A stretch of DNA of 63,980 nucleotides, counting the filler, from Acidimicrobiia bacterium (lineage in GTDB: Bacteria > Actinomycetota > Acidimicrobiia > Spongiisociales > SHLN01): the NCBI GenBank assembly GCA_041619515.1. It is 5 parts of 5 records of this genome, joined end to end, with 100 filler letters (N's around TTAATTAATTAA, not from the genome) between each part and the next. Parts side by side here need not be neighbours in the genome. Positions count along the whole stretch, not along the records: positions 1 to 16,061 come from JBFKDW010000072.1; positions 16,162 to 31,334 come from JBFKDW010000073.1; 3 more parts are not named here. One strand, 5' to 3'. Below, piece after piece: positions 8,988 to 18,378 of the stretch. Both the position numbers and the translations under genes were made by a program. The notes beneath the pieces were generated by a model, which saw only the letters and a program-made list of their open reading frames with translations, did not search any database and was not told the DNA's origin. The first letter of the stretch is position 1; each line of letters starts with the position of its first letter.

Positions 8988-11228
8988 ATGCCACAACGCA
9001 AACCCACCCGCGGTGGGGCTTCCGGGCGGAAGCGGGCATCCAAGTCAAAACAGCAGCCGAGCCGGTGGGCGCGCCTGCGGGCAGCCCTCCGGGAGCGCCT
9101 CGGGCGGCAAACCGACGACGTCTGGGGGCTGGTGCTGCTCGTCGCCAGTGCCGTCTTGTTTCTGGGGTTTCTCGGCCTGGCCGGCCCGTTCGGCCGCCTA
9201 TTCGTTCCCGGGTTGAGGATCCTGTTCGGCGTCTGGGCGGTGTTCGTCCCGGTGGCCATGACGGTGGTGGGCCTGACTCTGGTGTTTGGGCGGGCGAGCC
9301 GTGAGGTATCGCACATCCCACTCGGCCTGGCCGTCGTGTTCTTCGGCACCCTTGCTCTCTTTCACCTGCTGACCGGTACGATTCCGCTGGCCGAAGGCGT
9401 CGACCGCGTGACCACCCGCGGCGGGGTGGTGGGCTCGCTTGCCTCCTACCCGCTGCGACGCCTGATCGGATTGTGGGGGGCACTCATCGTCGTGTTCACC
9501 TCCATCTCGGTGGGAGTGATGCTGGCAACCCGCACCACGGTTCGCGAGGTAGCCGTGGCGGTCGCCGACCTCTGGCGATGGCTCCGGTTTCAGGTCGTGC
9601 GCCTCTGGAGGGCCCGCCGGCGGCCGGTCCCCGTTTCGGCTTCGGCCGCCCCGCCCCCCGTCGCCGATCCCAAACCGCCGGCCGCCGACCGTCCGGCCGC
9701 TGCCAAGCCCAAGTCGGCGCCGGCCAAGACCCGGCCGGCGGCCACCGCTAAGAAGGGCGCGGCGATACCCGTCACCACCCGCCCCGGGTCCTACAGCATG
9801 CCGCCGCTCGAGCTGCTCACCCTCGGCACCGGGGGCGGACAGAACAAGCGATCGCTCGAGAGCACCGGCCGGGAGCTCGAGGACACGCTCCGTCAGCACG
9901 GTGTCGACGCCAGGCTGACCCGGATCGTTCCGGGACCAACCGTGACCCGCTACGAGATCGAGCTGGCTCCCGGCGTCAAGGTGTCCAGGGTGACGAGCCT
10001 GGCCTCGGACATCGGCTACGCGCTTGCCACCCCCGATGTCCGGATCCTCGCACCGATCCCGGGCAAGAGCGCCATTGGCGTCGAGGTTCCCAACCTCCGG
10101 CGGCGCCTCGTCACCCTCGGCGACATCCTGTCGTCCAAGGAGGCGGAGGAGAACAGAAACCCTCTTGGTGTCGGGCTCGGCATGGACATCTCCGGGAACC
10201 CCACGATGCTCAACCTGAACGAGCTGCCGCACGTGCTCATCGCCGGGGCAACCGGCGCCGGAAAGTCGTCGTGCATCAACTCGATCGTCACCAGCCTGCT
10301 GATGCGATCGCGACCCGAGGACGTCCGCCTCATCATGGTCGACCCCAAGCGCGTGGAGCTCGGCCAGTACAACGGTGTGCCCCACCTGCTGACGCGGGTG
10401 ATCACCAACCCGAGGAAGGCGGCCGAGGCCCTCCGCTGGGCGGTCGACGAAATGGACCGCCGCTACGAGCTGGTGGCCGACAGCGGCGTGCGCGACATCA
10501 TCGGCTATCACGAGAAGTGGGATGCCGGCGGGCTCGATCCCGACAAGTTCGACAGGTTCCCGTTCATCGTGGTGGTGGTCGACGAGCTGAACGACCTCAT
10601 GATGGTGGCAGGCAAGATCGTCGAAGAGGCGATCGTCCGCATCGCCCAGATGGCGCGCGCGATCGGCATTCACCTGGTCATCGCCACCCAGCGTCCATCT
10701 GTGGACGTGATCACCGGGGTCATCAAGGCCAACATCCCGTCGCGGCTGGCGTTTTCCGTGGCCTCGCAGGCCGACAGCCGAGTGATTCTCGACGCTTCTG
10801 GAGCCGAGAAGCTCATCGGGCTCGGCGACATGCTCGTCGTCACCGCCCGCGATCCCAAGCCGGAGCGGATCCAAGGCGCCTGGGTGGAGGAAAGCGAAAT
10901 CCATGCCGTGGTGGCGTGGGTGAAGCAGCAAGCCAGAGCGGACTACGACGATTCGATGTTCGTCGCTGCCGAGCAACGAGAAAAGGTCGCCGCCGACAGT
11001 GAGGGCGAGGACCCAGACATGCTCCGCCAGGCGACGGAGCTGATCGTTCGATCCCAGCTCGGGTCGACCTCGATGCTGCAGCGAAAGCTCCGGATCGGTT
11101 TTGCCAGGGCCGGCCGGGTGATGGATATTCTCGAGAACAAAGGCATTGTCGGGCCGTCGGAGGGGTCGAAGGCACGCGAGGTCCTCATCACCCCGGAGGA
11201 GATCGAGACGGCGCTCACGCGCGGCTGA
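8988..11228 (+). CDS. ftsK: DNA translocase FtsK
   Basis: 4TM N-terminus, Walker A GATGAGKS, ATQRPSVDVITG, gamma domain LQRKLRIGFARAGR. Confidence 0.97.
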   Translation: MPQRKPTRGGASGRKRASKSKQQPSRWARLRAALRERLGRQTDDVWGLVLLVASAVLFLGFLGLAGPFGRLFVPGLRILFGVWAVFVPVAMTVVGLTLVFGRASREVSHIPLGLAVVFFGTLALFHLLTGTIPLAEGVDRVTTRGGVVGSLASYPLRRLIGLWGALIVVFTSISVGVMLATRTTVREVAVAVADLWRWLRFQVVRLWRARRRPVPVSASAAPPPVADPKPPAADRPAAAKPKSAPAKTRPAATAKKGAAIPVTTRPGSYSMPPLELLTLGTGGGQNKRSLESTGRELEDTLRQHGVDARLTRIVPGPTVTRYEIELAPGVKVSRVTSLASDIGYALATPDVRILAPIPGKSAIGVEVPNLRRRLVTLGDILSSKEAEENRNPLGVGLGMDISGNPTMLNLNELPHVLIAGATGAGKSSCINSIVTSLLMRSRPEDVRLIMVDPKRVELGQYNGVPHLLTRVITNPRKAAEALRWAVDEMDRRYELVADSGVRDIIGYHEKWDAGGLDPDKFDRFPFIVVVVDELNDLMMVAGKIVEEAIVRIAQMARAIGIHLVIATQRPSVDVITGVIKANIPSRLAFSVASQADSRVILDASGAEKLIGLGDMLVVTARDPKPERIQGAWVEESEIHAVVAWVKQQARADYDDSMFVAAEQREKVAADSEGEDPDMLRQATELIVRSQLGSTSMLQRKLRIGFARAGRVMDILENKGIVGPSEGSKAREVLITPEEIETALTRG

Positions 11229-11426
11229 CAATGCACCACTTTCGGTGGTACCACGGCGGAGGAGACGGTGCGAGCCGGCCGCTTCGGGGGTGGTGCAGAG
11301 CGATGAGAACCCGCCCAGTTTCAGCGTCGGCCGGCTTCCCCCGTACCGCCCCGCTCTGTCCTAAACTGACAGTGTCACCAAGAACGAATACTCTGAGTGT
11401 TCGACCCCTGAGAAGCGCTGGCACGG

Positions 11427-11909
11427 ATGCACAAGACCAAACTCCACACACCGCGAGGCGATGTGCGCCCGTCAGAGTTCCGCGGCCCTTTCGGAACCGT
11501 CCGGTTCACCAACAACACCAAGAACGACAACACAGACGCCATCGGGCCTACCGGTATCCACGGGGTGCTCGAATACGGGCCATCCAAGCCCGGGCCGTTC
11601 GGCGAGGTGATCGGTCTCATCGACGACAGCAAGGTCGTTTTCCGCTACCTTCCGTGGGGATCGGTCGAACCGGGCCGTCATGCGTTCGAGGTCCGCTACG
11701 AGGGAGCGGAGTATGTGCTGGCGAGCCGTGGTCGACGGCCAACTGCCGGACTCGAGGCGCTCGACGGATCCGTGTTGGCGACGTTCGGCGCCCGCGGCGG
11801 CAAGGTGAGTGACCGCCTCACGCCCGCCGAGTATGTCCTGGTGGCGCTCGTCGCCGCCTCCGGCCTCGCCGAGGTGACGCTTCCCCAGAGCTGGATGGCC
11901 CGTCACTGA
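11427..11909 (+). CDS. Hypothetical protein
   Basis: 160-aa ORF with coding-like composition filling the intergenic space; no recognised motif. Confidence 0.6.
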   Translation: MHKTKLHTPRGDVRPSEFRGPFGTVRFTNNTKNDNTDAIGPTGIHGVLEYGPSKPGPFGEVIGLIDDSKVVFRYLPWGSVEPGRHAFEVRYEGAEYVLASRGRRPTAGLEALDGSVLATFGARGGKVSDRLTPAEYVLVALVAASGLAEVTLPQSWMARH

Positions 11910-11974
11910 CTAGTCCGGCCGTCGGGCGGGCGTTTGACGCTCACGAAATCTCGACATCTGTCGTAGTTCCCGGT

Positions 11975-12163
11975 ATGAGCAGCGCGTGTGATCCTCGCAA
12001 CCGGCCCGGCTTCGTGAGCGGTGATCTCTCGGCACATCTTGCCGAACCGCTCAGCACCCAATCCCAGATGCCCGCCGACGGCCTCCAGACCGTGCTCCTG
12101 GCGGGATTCACCGCAGCCATGATCGTGGCGGTGGTTTTTGCCGTCGTTCTGTTCGCCCACTAG
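11975..12163 (+). CDS. Possible small membrane protein
   Basis: C-terminal hydrophobic helix; start uncertain. Confidence 0.35.
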   Translation: MSSACDPRNRPGFVSGDLSAHLAEPLSTQSQMPADGLQTVLLAGFTAAMIVAVVFAVVLFAH

Positions 12164-12202
12164 CAGATCGCAGTCGCGCTCCGGGCAGGTAGCCTCACGG
12201 CG

Positions 12203-13234
12203 ATGCTCGAGATCCTGTCACCCGACGGGTCGCTCGTCGGAGAGCCCCCGATATCGGCGGCCGAGGCGCGGCCCCTGTACGCCGCCATGGTTGCCGCCCG
12301 CACCTACGACCACAAGAGCACGGCGCTACAGAAGCAGGGCCGGCTTGCCACCTACGCATCGTTCGAGGGCCAGGAGGCCGCCCAGATAGGCACCGTTGCC
12401 GCGCTCAGGGCGGACGATTGGGTGGTTGGGACCTATCGGGATGCGGCCGCCATGTGGATGCAGGGCTATCCGTGGGTCAACCTGTTCCTGGGACGAACCG
12501 GCGATGAGCGGGGCGGATCACCTCCCGCCGGCGTCAATGTGCTTCCCCCGTCGATCACGGTCGGGGCCCACATGATCCACGCCGTCGGTCTGGGTTGGGC
12601 GGAGCGCCATCGGGGCAGCGATCGAATCGCGATGACACTCTTCGGCGACGGCGCCACCTCTGAGGGCGACTTCCACGAGGCGATGAACTTCGCCGCGGTG
12701 TTCCGTGCGCCCGTGGTATTCGTCTGTCAGAACAATCAGTACGCCATATCCACCCCGCGCGATCGCCAGACGGTCTCAGAGACGCTCGCCCAGAAGGCGG
12801 ACGCCTACGGCATGCCCGGGCTCCAGGTCGACGGCAACGACCTTTTCGCGGTGCTCACGGCGGCGGGTGAAGCCGTTGCCCGGGCCCGCACCGGGGAAGG
12901 TCCAACGCTCATCGAGGCGGTGACGTTTCGGGTGGGCGCTCACACCACCGCCGACGACCCGGGACGCTACCGGGATCCGGCTGAGGAGGCCGTGTGGAGG
13001 GACCGCGACCCCATCGATCGTGTCAGGCGCTTCCTCGAGCTCGAGCAGCAATGGACCCCGGAGTGGCAGGCGGAGCTGGAAAAAGAGTCGACCGAGGCGA
13101 TCGAGCTGGCTATTGCCCAGGCCGAAGAGCTCGATCCGCTCGAGGCCGGGGACATGTTCGATCGGATGTTCGCCACCCCGACCACCCAGCTCGAGCGCCA
13201 GCGGCGAATGCTGCTGGGGGAGCCGCATGACTGA
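12203..13234 (+). CDS. pdhA: 2-oxoacid (pyruvate/branched-chain) dehydrogenase E1 alpha
   Basis: GDGATSEGDF...NN TPP-binding motif; HTTADD. Confidence 0.92.
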   Translation: MLEILSPDGSLVGEPPISAAEARPLYAAMVAARTYDHKSTALQKQGRLATYASFEGQEAAQIGTVAALRADDWVVGTYRDAAAMWMQGYPWVNLFLGRTGDERGGSPPAGVNVLPPSITVGAHMIHAVGLGWAERHRGSDRIAMTLFGDGATSEGDFHEAMNFAAVFRAPVVFVCQNNQYAISTPRDRQTVSETLAQKADAYGMPGLQVDGNDLFAVLTAAGEAVARARTGEGPTLIEAVTFRVGAHTTADDPGRYRDPAEEAVWRDRDPIDRVRRFLELEQQWTPEWQAELEKESTEAIELAIAQAEELDPLEAGDMFDRMFATPTTQLERQRRMLLGEPHD

Positions 13235-14207
13235 GTGCAACCTTGCCCAGGCCGTCACAATGGCACTCGATCATGCACTCGCTTCGGATCCGGACGTCTT
13301 GCTGCTTGGTGAGGATGTTGGCGTTACCGGCGGCGTCTTTCGGATCACCGACGGCCTGCAGGCATCTCACGGCGCCGACCGTGTGATCGACACCCCCGTG
13401 GCCGAATCGGGCATAGTGGGAGCCGCCTTCGGGATGGCGGTGGCGGGGCTGCGCCCGATCGCCGAGATCCAGTTTCTCGGATTTGCCTACCCGGCATTCG
13501 ACCAGATCGTCAGTCATGTTTCGCGTATCCGAAATCGATCCCGCGGACGGTTCACAGCCCCGCTGGTGATTCGCATTCCGTACGGGGCAGGCATCGGCGC
13601 CGCCGAGCATCACAGTGAGTCGACCGAAGCGATCTTCGCCCACACCCCGGGGCTGAAGGTGGTGGTCCCGTCTACCCCGGCAGACGCTGCCGGGCTGCTG
13701 CTCACGGCCGTGGCCGACCCCGATCCGGTCGTCTTCCTGGAACCGATTCGCTCCTACCGGCGCACACGAGGCGATGTCTCCGACCCGCCCGAGCCCGTGC
13801 CCTTCGGCCGGGCTGCGGTCCGCCGCACCGGGCCCGACCTCACGATGGTTGCCTACGGCGCAATGGTGCCCGAGGTGCTCGAAGCGGCCGACCGGCTCTC
13901 CGATTCCGGCATCGAGGCCGAAGTGCTCGACCTGCGCACGCTGGTGCCGCTCGATCTCGAGACCGTCATCGAATCGGTGTCGCGCACCGGCCGGGCCGTC
14001 ATCGTCCAGGAAGGCCACCGGACGTGCGGCTTTGCGGCCGAGCTGGCGGCGACGATTCAGGAGGAGGCGCTGTACTCGCTGCTGGCGCCGGTGGCGCGAG
14101 TGACCGGGTGGGACACCGTCGTCCCGCTCCGCCGCTCGGAGCATCACTACGTTCCCGGCCCGGAGCGCATCGCAGCCGCCGCCACGGCGGTCGCACGGGA
14201 GGGATGA
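13227..14207 (+). CDS. pdhB: 2-oxoacid dehydrogenase E1 beta
   Basis: GEDVG..GGVFR.T.GL, DTPVAESGI, HHSES; ATG 13227 overlaps the E1a end. Confidence 0.93.
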   Translation: MTECNLAQAVTMALDHALASDPDVLLLGEDVGVTGGVFRITDGLQASHGADRVIDTPVAESGIVGAAFGMAVAGLRPIAEIQFLGFAYPAFDQIVSHVSRIRNRSRGRFTAPLVIRIPYGAGIGAAEHHSESTEAIFAHTPGLKVVVPSTPADAAGLLLTAVADPDPVVFLEPIRSYRRTRGDVSDPPEPVPFGRAAVRRTGPDLTMVAYGAMVPEVLEAADRLSDSGIEAEVLDLRTLVPLDLETVIESVSRTGRAVIVQEGHRTCGFAAELAATIQEEALYSLLAPVARVTGWDTVVPLRRSEHHYVPGPERIAAAATAVAREG

Positions 14208-14208
14208 G

Positions 14209-15339
14209 GTGGCCTATGAGTTCTCGCTTCCCGATGTCGGCGAAGGCTTGACGGAGGTCGTCATCGAGGAGTGGCTGGTTGCGGTCGGCGACGAGGTCGG
14301 GCTCGACGCCCCGATCGTGAGAGTGGAGACGGACAAGGCGGTGGTGGACATCCCCAGCCCGGTGGCCGGCACGCTGCTCCACCAGGGTGCCTCGCCGGGC
14401 TCGACCCTGGAGGTCGGCCGGGTGCTGGCGGTGGTCGGCGAACCCGGCGAGACCTGGCAGCCGTCAGCGCTTCCGGAGGCCCCGTCCCGCCCGGAGGCGG
14501 CTCCGATCGTGGGGACACTCCCCGAGGCACCGGCCGCCGCGGGCCCGGAGGCGCTGCCGGCGGTTCGCAAACTGGCGGCCGAGATGGGTGTCGACCTGGC
14601 CGCCATCACCGGCACCGGCCTGGGAGGGCGAGTGACCCGTGACGACGTCATGGCGGCTGGCGCAGGTCCCGTCGAGCGGATTCCGATGTCGCAGGTCCGT
14701 CGCACGATTGCCGAGCGCCTCTCGAAGTCCTGGCGCGAGATACCGCATGTCACCACGTTCGGGTCCGCCAGAGCCGAACGATTGCTGGCGGAACGCCGGC
14801 GGCTCCTGGAGGCGGCGGAGGGCCCGCTCCCGCTCGAAGCGCTGCTGGTGTCACTCGTGCTCCCACTCCTGGTCGAACATCCTGAGTTCAACGCCGCCGT
14901 GTCCGGCACCGATATTGTGCTCCGCAGGCACTATGACATCGGCATTGCCACCGACACGCCCGACGGGCTTCTGTTGCCGGTGTTGAAAGATGCCGCCGGC
15001 CGGAGCGTCACCGAGCTGGCCGACGGGGTGATTCGGCTCGCCAAATCCGCCAGGGGACGCTCCTTGACACCGGAGCAGATGCAGGGGGCGACCTTCACGA
15101 TCTCGAACATCGGTGCGGTCGGAGGGGGCTACGGCACCCCGATCGTCCCCTACGGCACGAGCGCCATCGCCTCCTTCGGGCGAGCGTCCGCCGAGCCGGT
15201 CATTGCCGACGGGGCGGTCGTTTCGGGAATCGTGCTGCCCATCTCACTGTCGTACGACCATCGCATCATCGACGGAGCCCTCGGCCGTGCCTTCATGGCC
15301 GATCTCGTCGACGCCATCGAGAACGCCTCGTTCCCGTGA
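14209..15339 (+). CDS. Dihydrolipoamide acyltransferase E2
   Basis: Lipoyl ETDKA, E3-binding GTGLGGRVT, catalytic DHRIIDG. Confidence 0.95.
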   Translation: MAYEFSLPDVGEGLTEVVIEEWLVAVGDEVGLDAPIVRVETDKAVVDIPSPVAGTLLHQGASPGSTLEVGRVLAVVGEPGETWQPSALPEAPSRPEAAPIVGTLPEAPAAAGPEALPAVRKLAAEMGVDLAAITGTGLGGRVTRDDVMAAGAGPVERIPMSQVRRTIAERLSKSWREIPHVTTFGSARAERLLAERRRLLEAAEGPLPLEALLVSLVLPLLVEHPEFNAAVSGTDIVLRRHYDIGIATDTPDGLLLPVLKDAAGRSVTELADGVIRLAKSARGRSLTPEQMQGATFTISNIGAVGGGYGTPIVPYGTSAIASFGRASAEPVIADGAVVSGIVLPISLSYDHRIIDGALGRAFMADLVDAIENASFP

Positions 15340-15719
15340 GCACGCTCGACGCACTCCTTGCCGAGCTCTCGCAGACACTCATGGCTCTCGACGAGGAAAC
15401 CGATCCTTCGCTGCGCCGCGAGCTCGAGGAGCGCCGTGATCGGCTGCGAACCGAACTGCGGTCGGTGGACATCGACGAGTCCCGGCCCACGTCCGAGCTG
15501 CTGGAGGAACACGCTCGCCTCGAGGCCCGGCTCAAGGCCGCTCGCAACGAGCGGGTGAAGAAGGTTCCCGGCAAGTACCTGGGAGCTACCAGGACGGTTG
15601 GCGGAGGCATCGAGCCGACCGAGATCAATCGCATGATCGATGAGGGAAACCGTTTCGACGAGCTGCTGGCACGGTACGAGCACCTCACCACCGTCCTCCA
15701 ATCACGGGGAGCGCTGTGA
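15336..15719 (+). CDS. Hypothetical coiled-coil protein (apparent paralog of 8445-8831)
   Basis: GTGA overlap with E2; GGGIEP..INRMIDE motif. Confidence 0.72.
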   Translation: MSTLDALLAELSQTLMALDEETDPSLRRELEERRDRLRTELRSVDIDESRPTSELLEEHARLEARLKAARNERVKKVPGKYLGATRTVGGGIEPTEINRMIDEGNRFDELLARYEHLTTVLQSRGAL

Positions 15720-15991
15720 TCGACGGGCAGCGCCAGCGCGAAGCGCTCACGGCCGCCGAGCGGGCCCTGACGCGCCTCGAGCAGAGCCGGTGGGACGAGG
15801 CGGTCGAGGCGGCTGACACGGCCCTCCGGCTCGATCAGGCCGGGGCCTTCGCCGAGCTGCCGGTCGCCGTTTCCCGGGTAGCCGACTTCGGCCGGGCGGG
15901 CGAAGAGGTCCCGGCGGCTGCCTGGGCATCGCTCAAGACGGCGGTGGGGCCCGGCCCGCTGTCGGTGCGCGTCGAGCGACTCGCATCCTGA
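15716..15991 (+). CDS. Hypothetical helical protein
   Basis: Overlap-coupled on both sides (GTGA and TGATG). Confidence 0.65.
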   Translation: MIDGQRQREALTAAERALTRLEQSRWDEAVEAADTALRLDQAGAFAELPVAVSRVADFGRAGEEVPAAAWASLKTAVGPGPLSVRVERLAS

Positions 15992-16061
15992 TGGGCGACT
16001 ACCACCTTCACCTCCATCGCCACGGCCCTGCCCATGAGCTCGACCCGCCGCCCGGCGAGTA
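15991..16061 (+). CDS. N-terminus of a PHP-domain protein (possible HisJ-type histidinol-phosphatase), truncated by the gap
   Basis: ATG 15991 in a TGATG overlap reads MGDYHLHLHRHGPAHELDPPPGE; DYHxH is PHP metal motif I. Confidence 0.55.
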
Positions 16062-16161
16062 NNNNNNNNNNNNNNNNNNNNNNNNNNNNNNNNNNNNNNN
16101 NNNNNTTAATTAATTAANNNNNNNNNNNNNNNNNNNNNNNNNNNNNNNNNNNNNNNNNNNN
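16062..16161. other. Artificial contig linker
   Basis: N44-TTAATTAATTAA-N44, with stops in all frames. Confidence 0.99.
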
Positions 16162-17538
16162 CCCCGCCACCCCGGCCGGGATCCAGAGAGTCTTGGTGGG
16201 GTCGTTCAGCTGATAGAGCCATTCGATCAGCCAGCCGATCCCGGCCCCGATGAGGGCGCCGGATGCGGCGGCCAGCGGGTAACGCAGCGTCGCCTTGACG
16301 GATTTCGGCATTCGGTTCTCGATCACATGGCCGATGCGGGTGCCGACTGCTGCCAGGCCAAACCCACCGATGAGCGAGGCAAACAGGACCACCAGCAGCT
16401 CGGCGATGTCACCCAGATTGGCCAGGAAGCGGCCAAAGAAATCGAAGGCTGCCAGGTTCCCGTCGAGCGTGCCGCCCACCCGGATGAACATGTCGGCGAG
16501 CACGTACAGCGCCGAGAGGGCTGTGAAGGCCGCCGCCAGCAATCCGCCGATGCGAGCCATCCGGACGTTGCGGGAGACCGCCTCTTCCTCCGCCTCCGGC
16601 ACCGAAACGGCGACGAGGGCCACCACCACCGCGCCGAGGACGGCCAAACCGAGCAGATTTGCCCAGATGTGCGCGTCGAACAGCCCGGCCACGTCCCTGG
16701 CCAGCCGGCTCATCAGGACTCCGGCGGCCACCCCGAACGGGAACGCCAGGACACCAAGCGCAATGGTGATCACCGGAGTGGTGATGTTCTTCATGAGGTT
16801 GCGGGCGGCGAAGAAGCTCAAGGGCACGGCGAGGATCGTGCCGATGGTGGTGGCGAGCAGTGCCATGAACACGGTCTCGACGATGCCTTCCCAGGTCTCG
16901 ATGGCGGTATCGGAGGGCCGGGGCGACAGGCGGGTACGTTCGGTGAAGCGGTCGGGGTCCTGGATCCCGTTGCCGTTGGTGTCGTCCCAGACCTCGACCC
17001 GGTTCAGCCACGACCCGGCGTTCTGGCGGGTCACCGCCAGGATTGCCTGCGCGGAGTCGCTCGGCCGGTTCTTGAGCCTGAGCGACACCGCGAAGTATCC
17101 GTCGCCGTCGGCCTGCATGTTGCCCATCTGCAGGCGGACCGTCCCGCCGGCTTCGGTGGTTCCGAGGAAATAGACCGGGCCTCCCTTGTTGGCCTCGAAG
17201 TTGAAGCCTTCGACGAGGACCTCGCTGCGCGGCTCGGCGCACGCCGGAGTGACCACGAGGTAGGCCCCGCCGGTGTCGGGCTCGGCGCCCTCGAAGCCAC
17301 CGTCCGGACACGGTGTGTACACGGGAGTGGTCACCTCGGTCTCGACCCGGTCATATGTCACGAGGTCGGGGTGAGCGAGCGCCCGGATGACCCGGATCAG
17401 GCTCTCCTGGCGGCTGGGCGACTCGATCTCATCGAGGTTGACGTCGGTCTTCTCGAAGCCATAGGCGTAGATGAGCACGAGGGCGATCATCCCGAGAATG
17501 AACAGCAGGGACTTTCTGAGCGACCGGTCCTTCTTCAT
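16162..17538 (-). CDS. phnE: Phosphonate/phosphite ABC permease PhnE-like, long form, 3'-truncated
   Basis: IVETVFMALLATTIGTILAVPLSFFAARN permease motif, many TM helices, follows phnC. Confidence 0.85.
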
Positions 17539-18287
17539 CCCAGCCGCTCGGCTTCCTGTCCGTAGATCTCCTTGAACTTCTCATCGGTGATCTCTTCAGG
17601 AGTGCCCTGGAACATCAGCTTGCCCTCGTTGAGGGCGATGACGAAGTCGGCGTAGCGATGCACGAGGTCGAGGAAATGGAGGCTGCAGAGAACGGTGACG
17701 TTGTCGTTCTTGTTGATGTCGACCAGGTAGGACATGATCGAATCCGCCAGCACCGGGTCGAGGCTGGCAACCGGCTCGTCGGCGAGGACCATCTCCGGGT
17801 CCTGCATCATGGCCCGGGCGATGCCGACGCGTTGCTGCTGGCCGCCGCTGAGCTCATCGGCCCGTGCCTCGGCTTTGCCGGCGATGCCAACCCTGTCCAA
17901 GGTCGCCATCGCTTTCTCTATGTCGGCCTTGGGGAATCGGTTGACGAGGCTGGCAAGTGGGTTGACATACCCGAGCCGCCCGGCCAGCACGTTCGTCATC
18001 ACTTTGGACCGGTGGACGAGGTTGAAGTGCTGAAAGACCATTCCGATCTTGCGTCGGATGCGGCGCATCTCCTCCTGGGAAGCGGCGGTGATGTCGACAC
18101 CGTTCCAGGTGATGCGTCCCTCGGTGGGTTCGATGAGCCGATTGACACAGCGCAACAGCGTCGATTTGCCTGAGCCGCTCAGGCCGATCACCGCCAGGAA
18201 CTGCTGCTCGGGGACCTCGAAGCTGACATCCTCGATGCCGACGACGCCGCCCTCGTACACCTTGGTGAGGTGCTCGACTTTCAGCAT
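17535..18287 (-). CDS. phnC: Phosphonate ABC transporter ATP-binding protein
   Basis: GLSGSGKS, NVLAGRLGY, LSGGQQQRVGIARA, ADEPVASLDP. Confidence 0.95.
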   Translation of the reverse strand: MLKVEHLTKVYEGGVVGIEDVSFEVPEQQFLAVIGLSGSGKSTLLRCVNRLIEPTEGRITWNGVDITAASQEEMRRIRRKIGMVFQHFNLVHRSKVMTNVLAGRLGYVNPLASLVNRFPKADIEKAMATLDRVGIAGKAEARADELSGGQQQRVGIARAMMQDPEMVLADEPVASLDPVLADSIMSYLVDINKNDNVTVLCSLHFLDLVHRYADFVIALNEGKLMFQGTPEEITDEKFKEIYGQEAERLG

Positions 18288-18333
18288 GGCTCAGCCGGGC
18301 AGGGTGATGGGACCACCCATCCTCCTTGGTTGG

Positions 18334-18367
18334 GAAGCCCGGGCGGGTGGTGGCCCGCCCGGGCTTC
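18334..18367 (-). terminator. Intercistronic hairpin after phnD (mRNA stabiliser or partial terminator)
   Basis: Perfect 14-bp stem gaagcccgggcggg/cccgcccgggcttc. Confidence 0.65.
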
Positions 18368-18378
18368 GGTGTGTGGCG

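Noticed and set aside
9198..11231. Long antisense ORFs (e.g. 9198-11231, 23026-24648, 43464-44864, 50404-51840)
   Set aside because: Shadow frames of well-identified genes, expected from high-GC codon bias; no motifs
12203..15339. Missing E3 (lpd) in the 2-oxoacid dehydrogenase cluster
   Set aside because: E3 is commonly shared and encoded elsewhere; unremarkable
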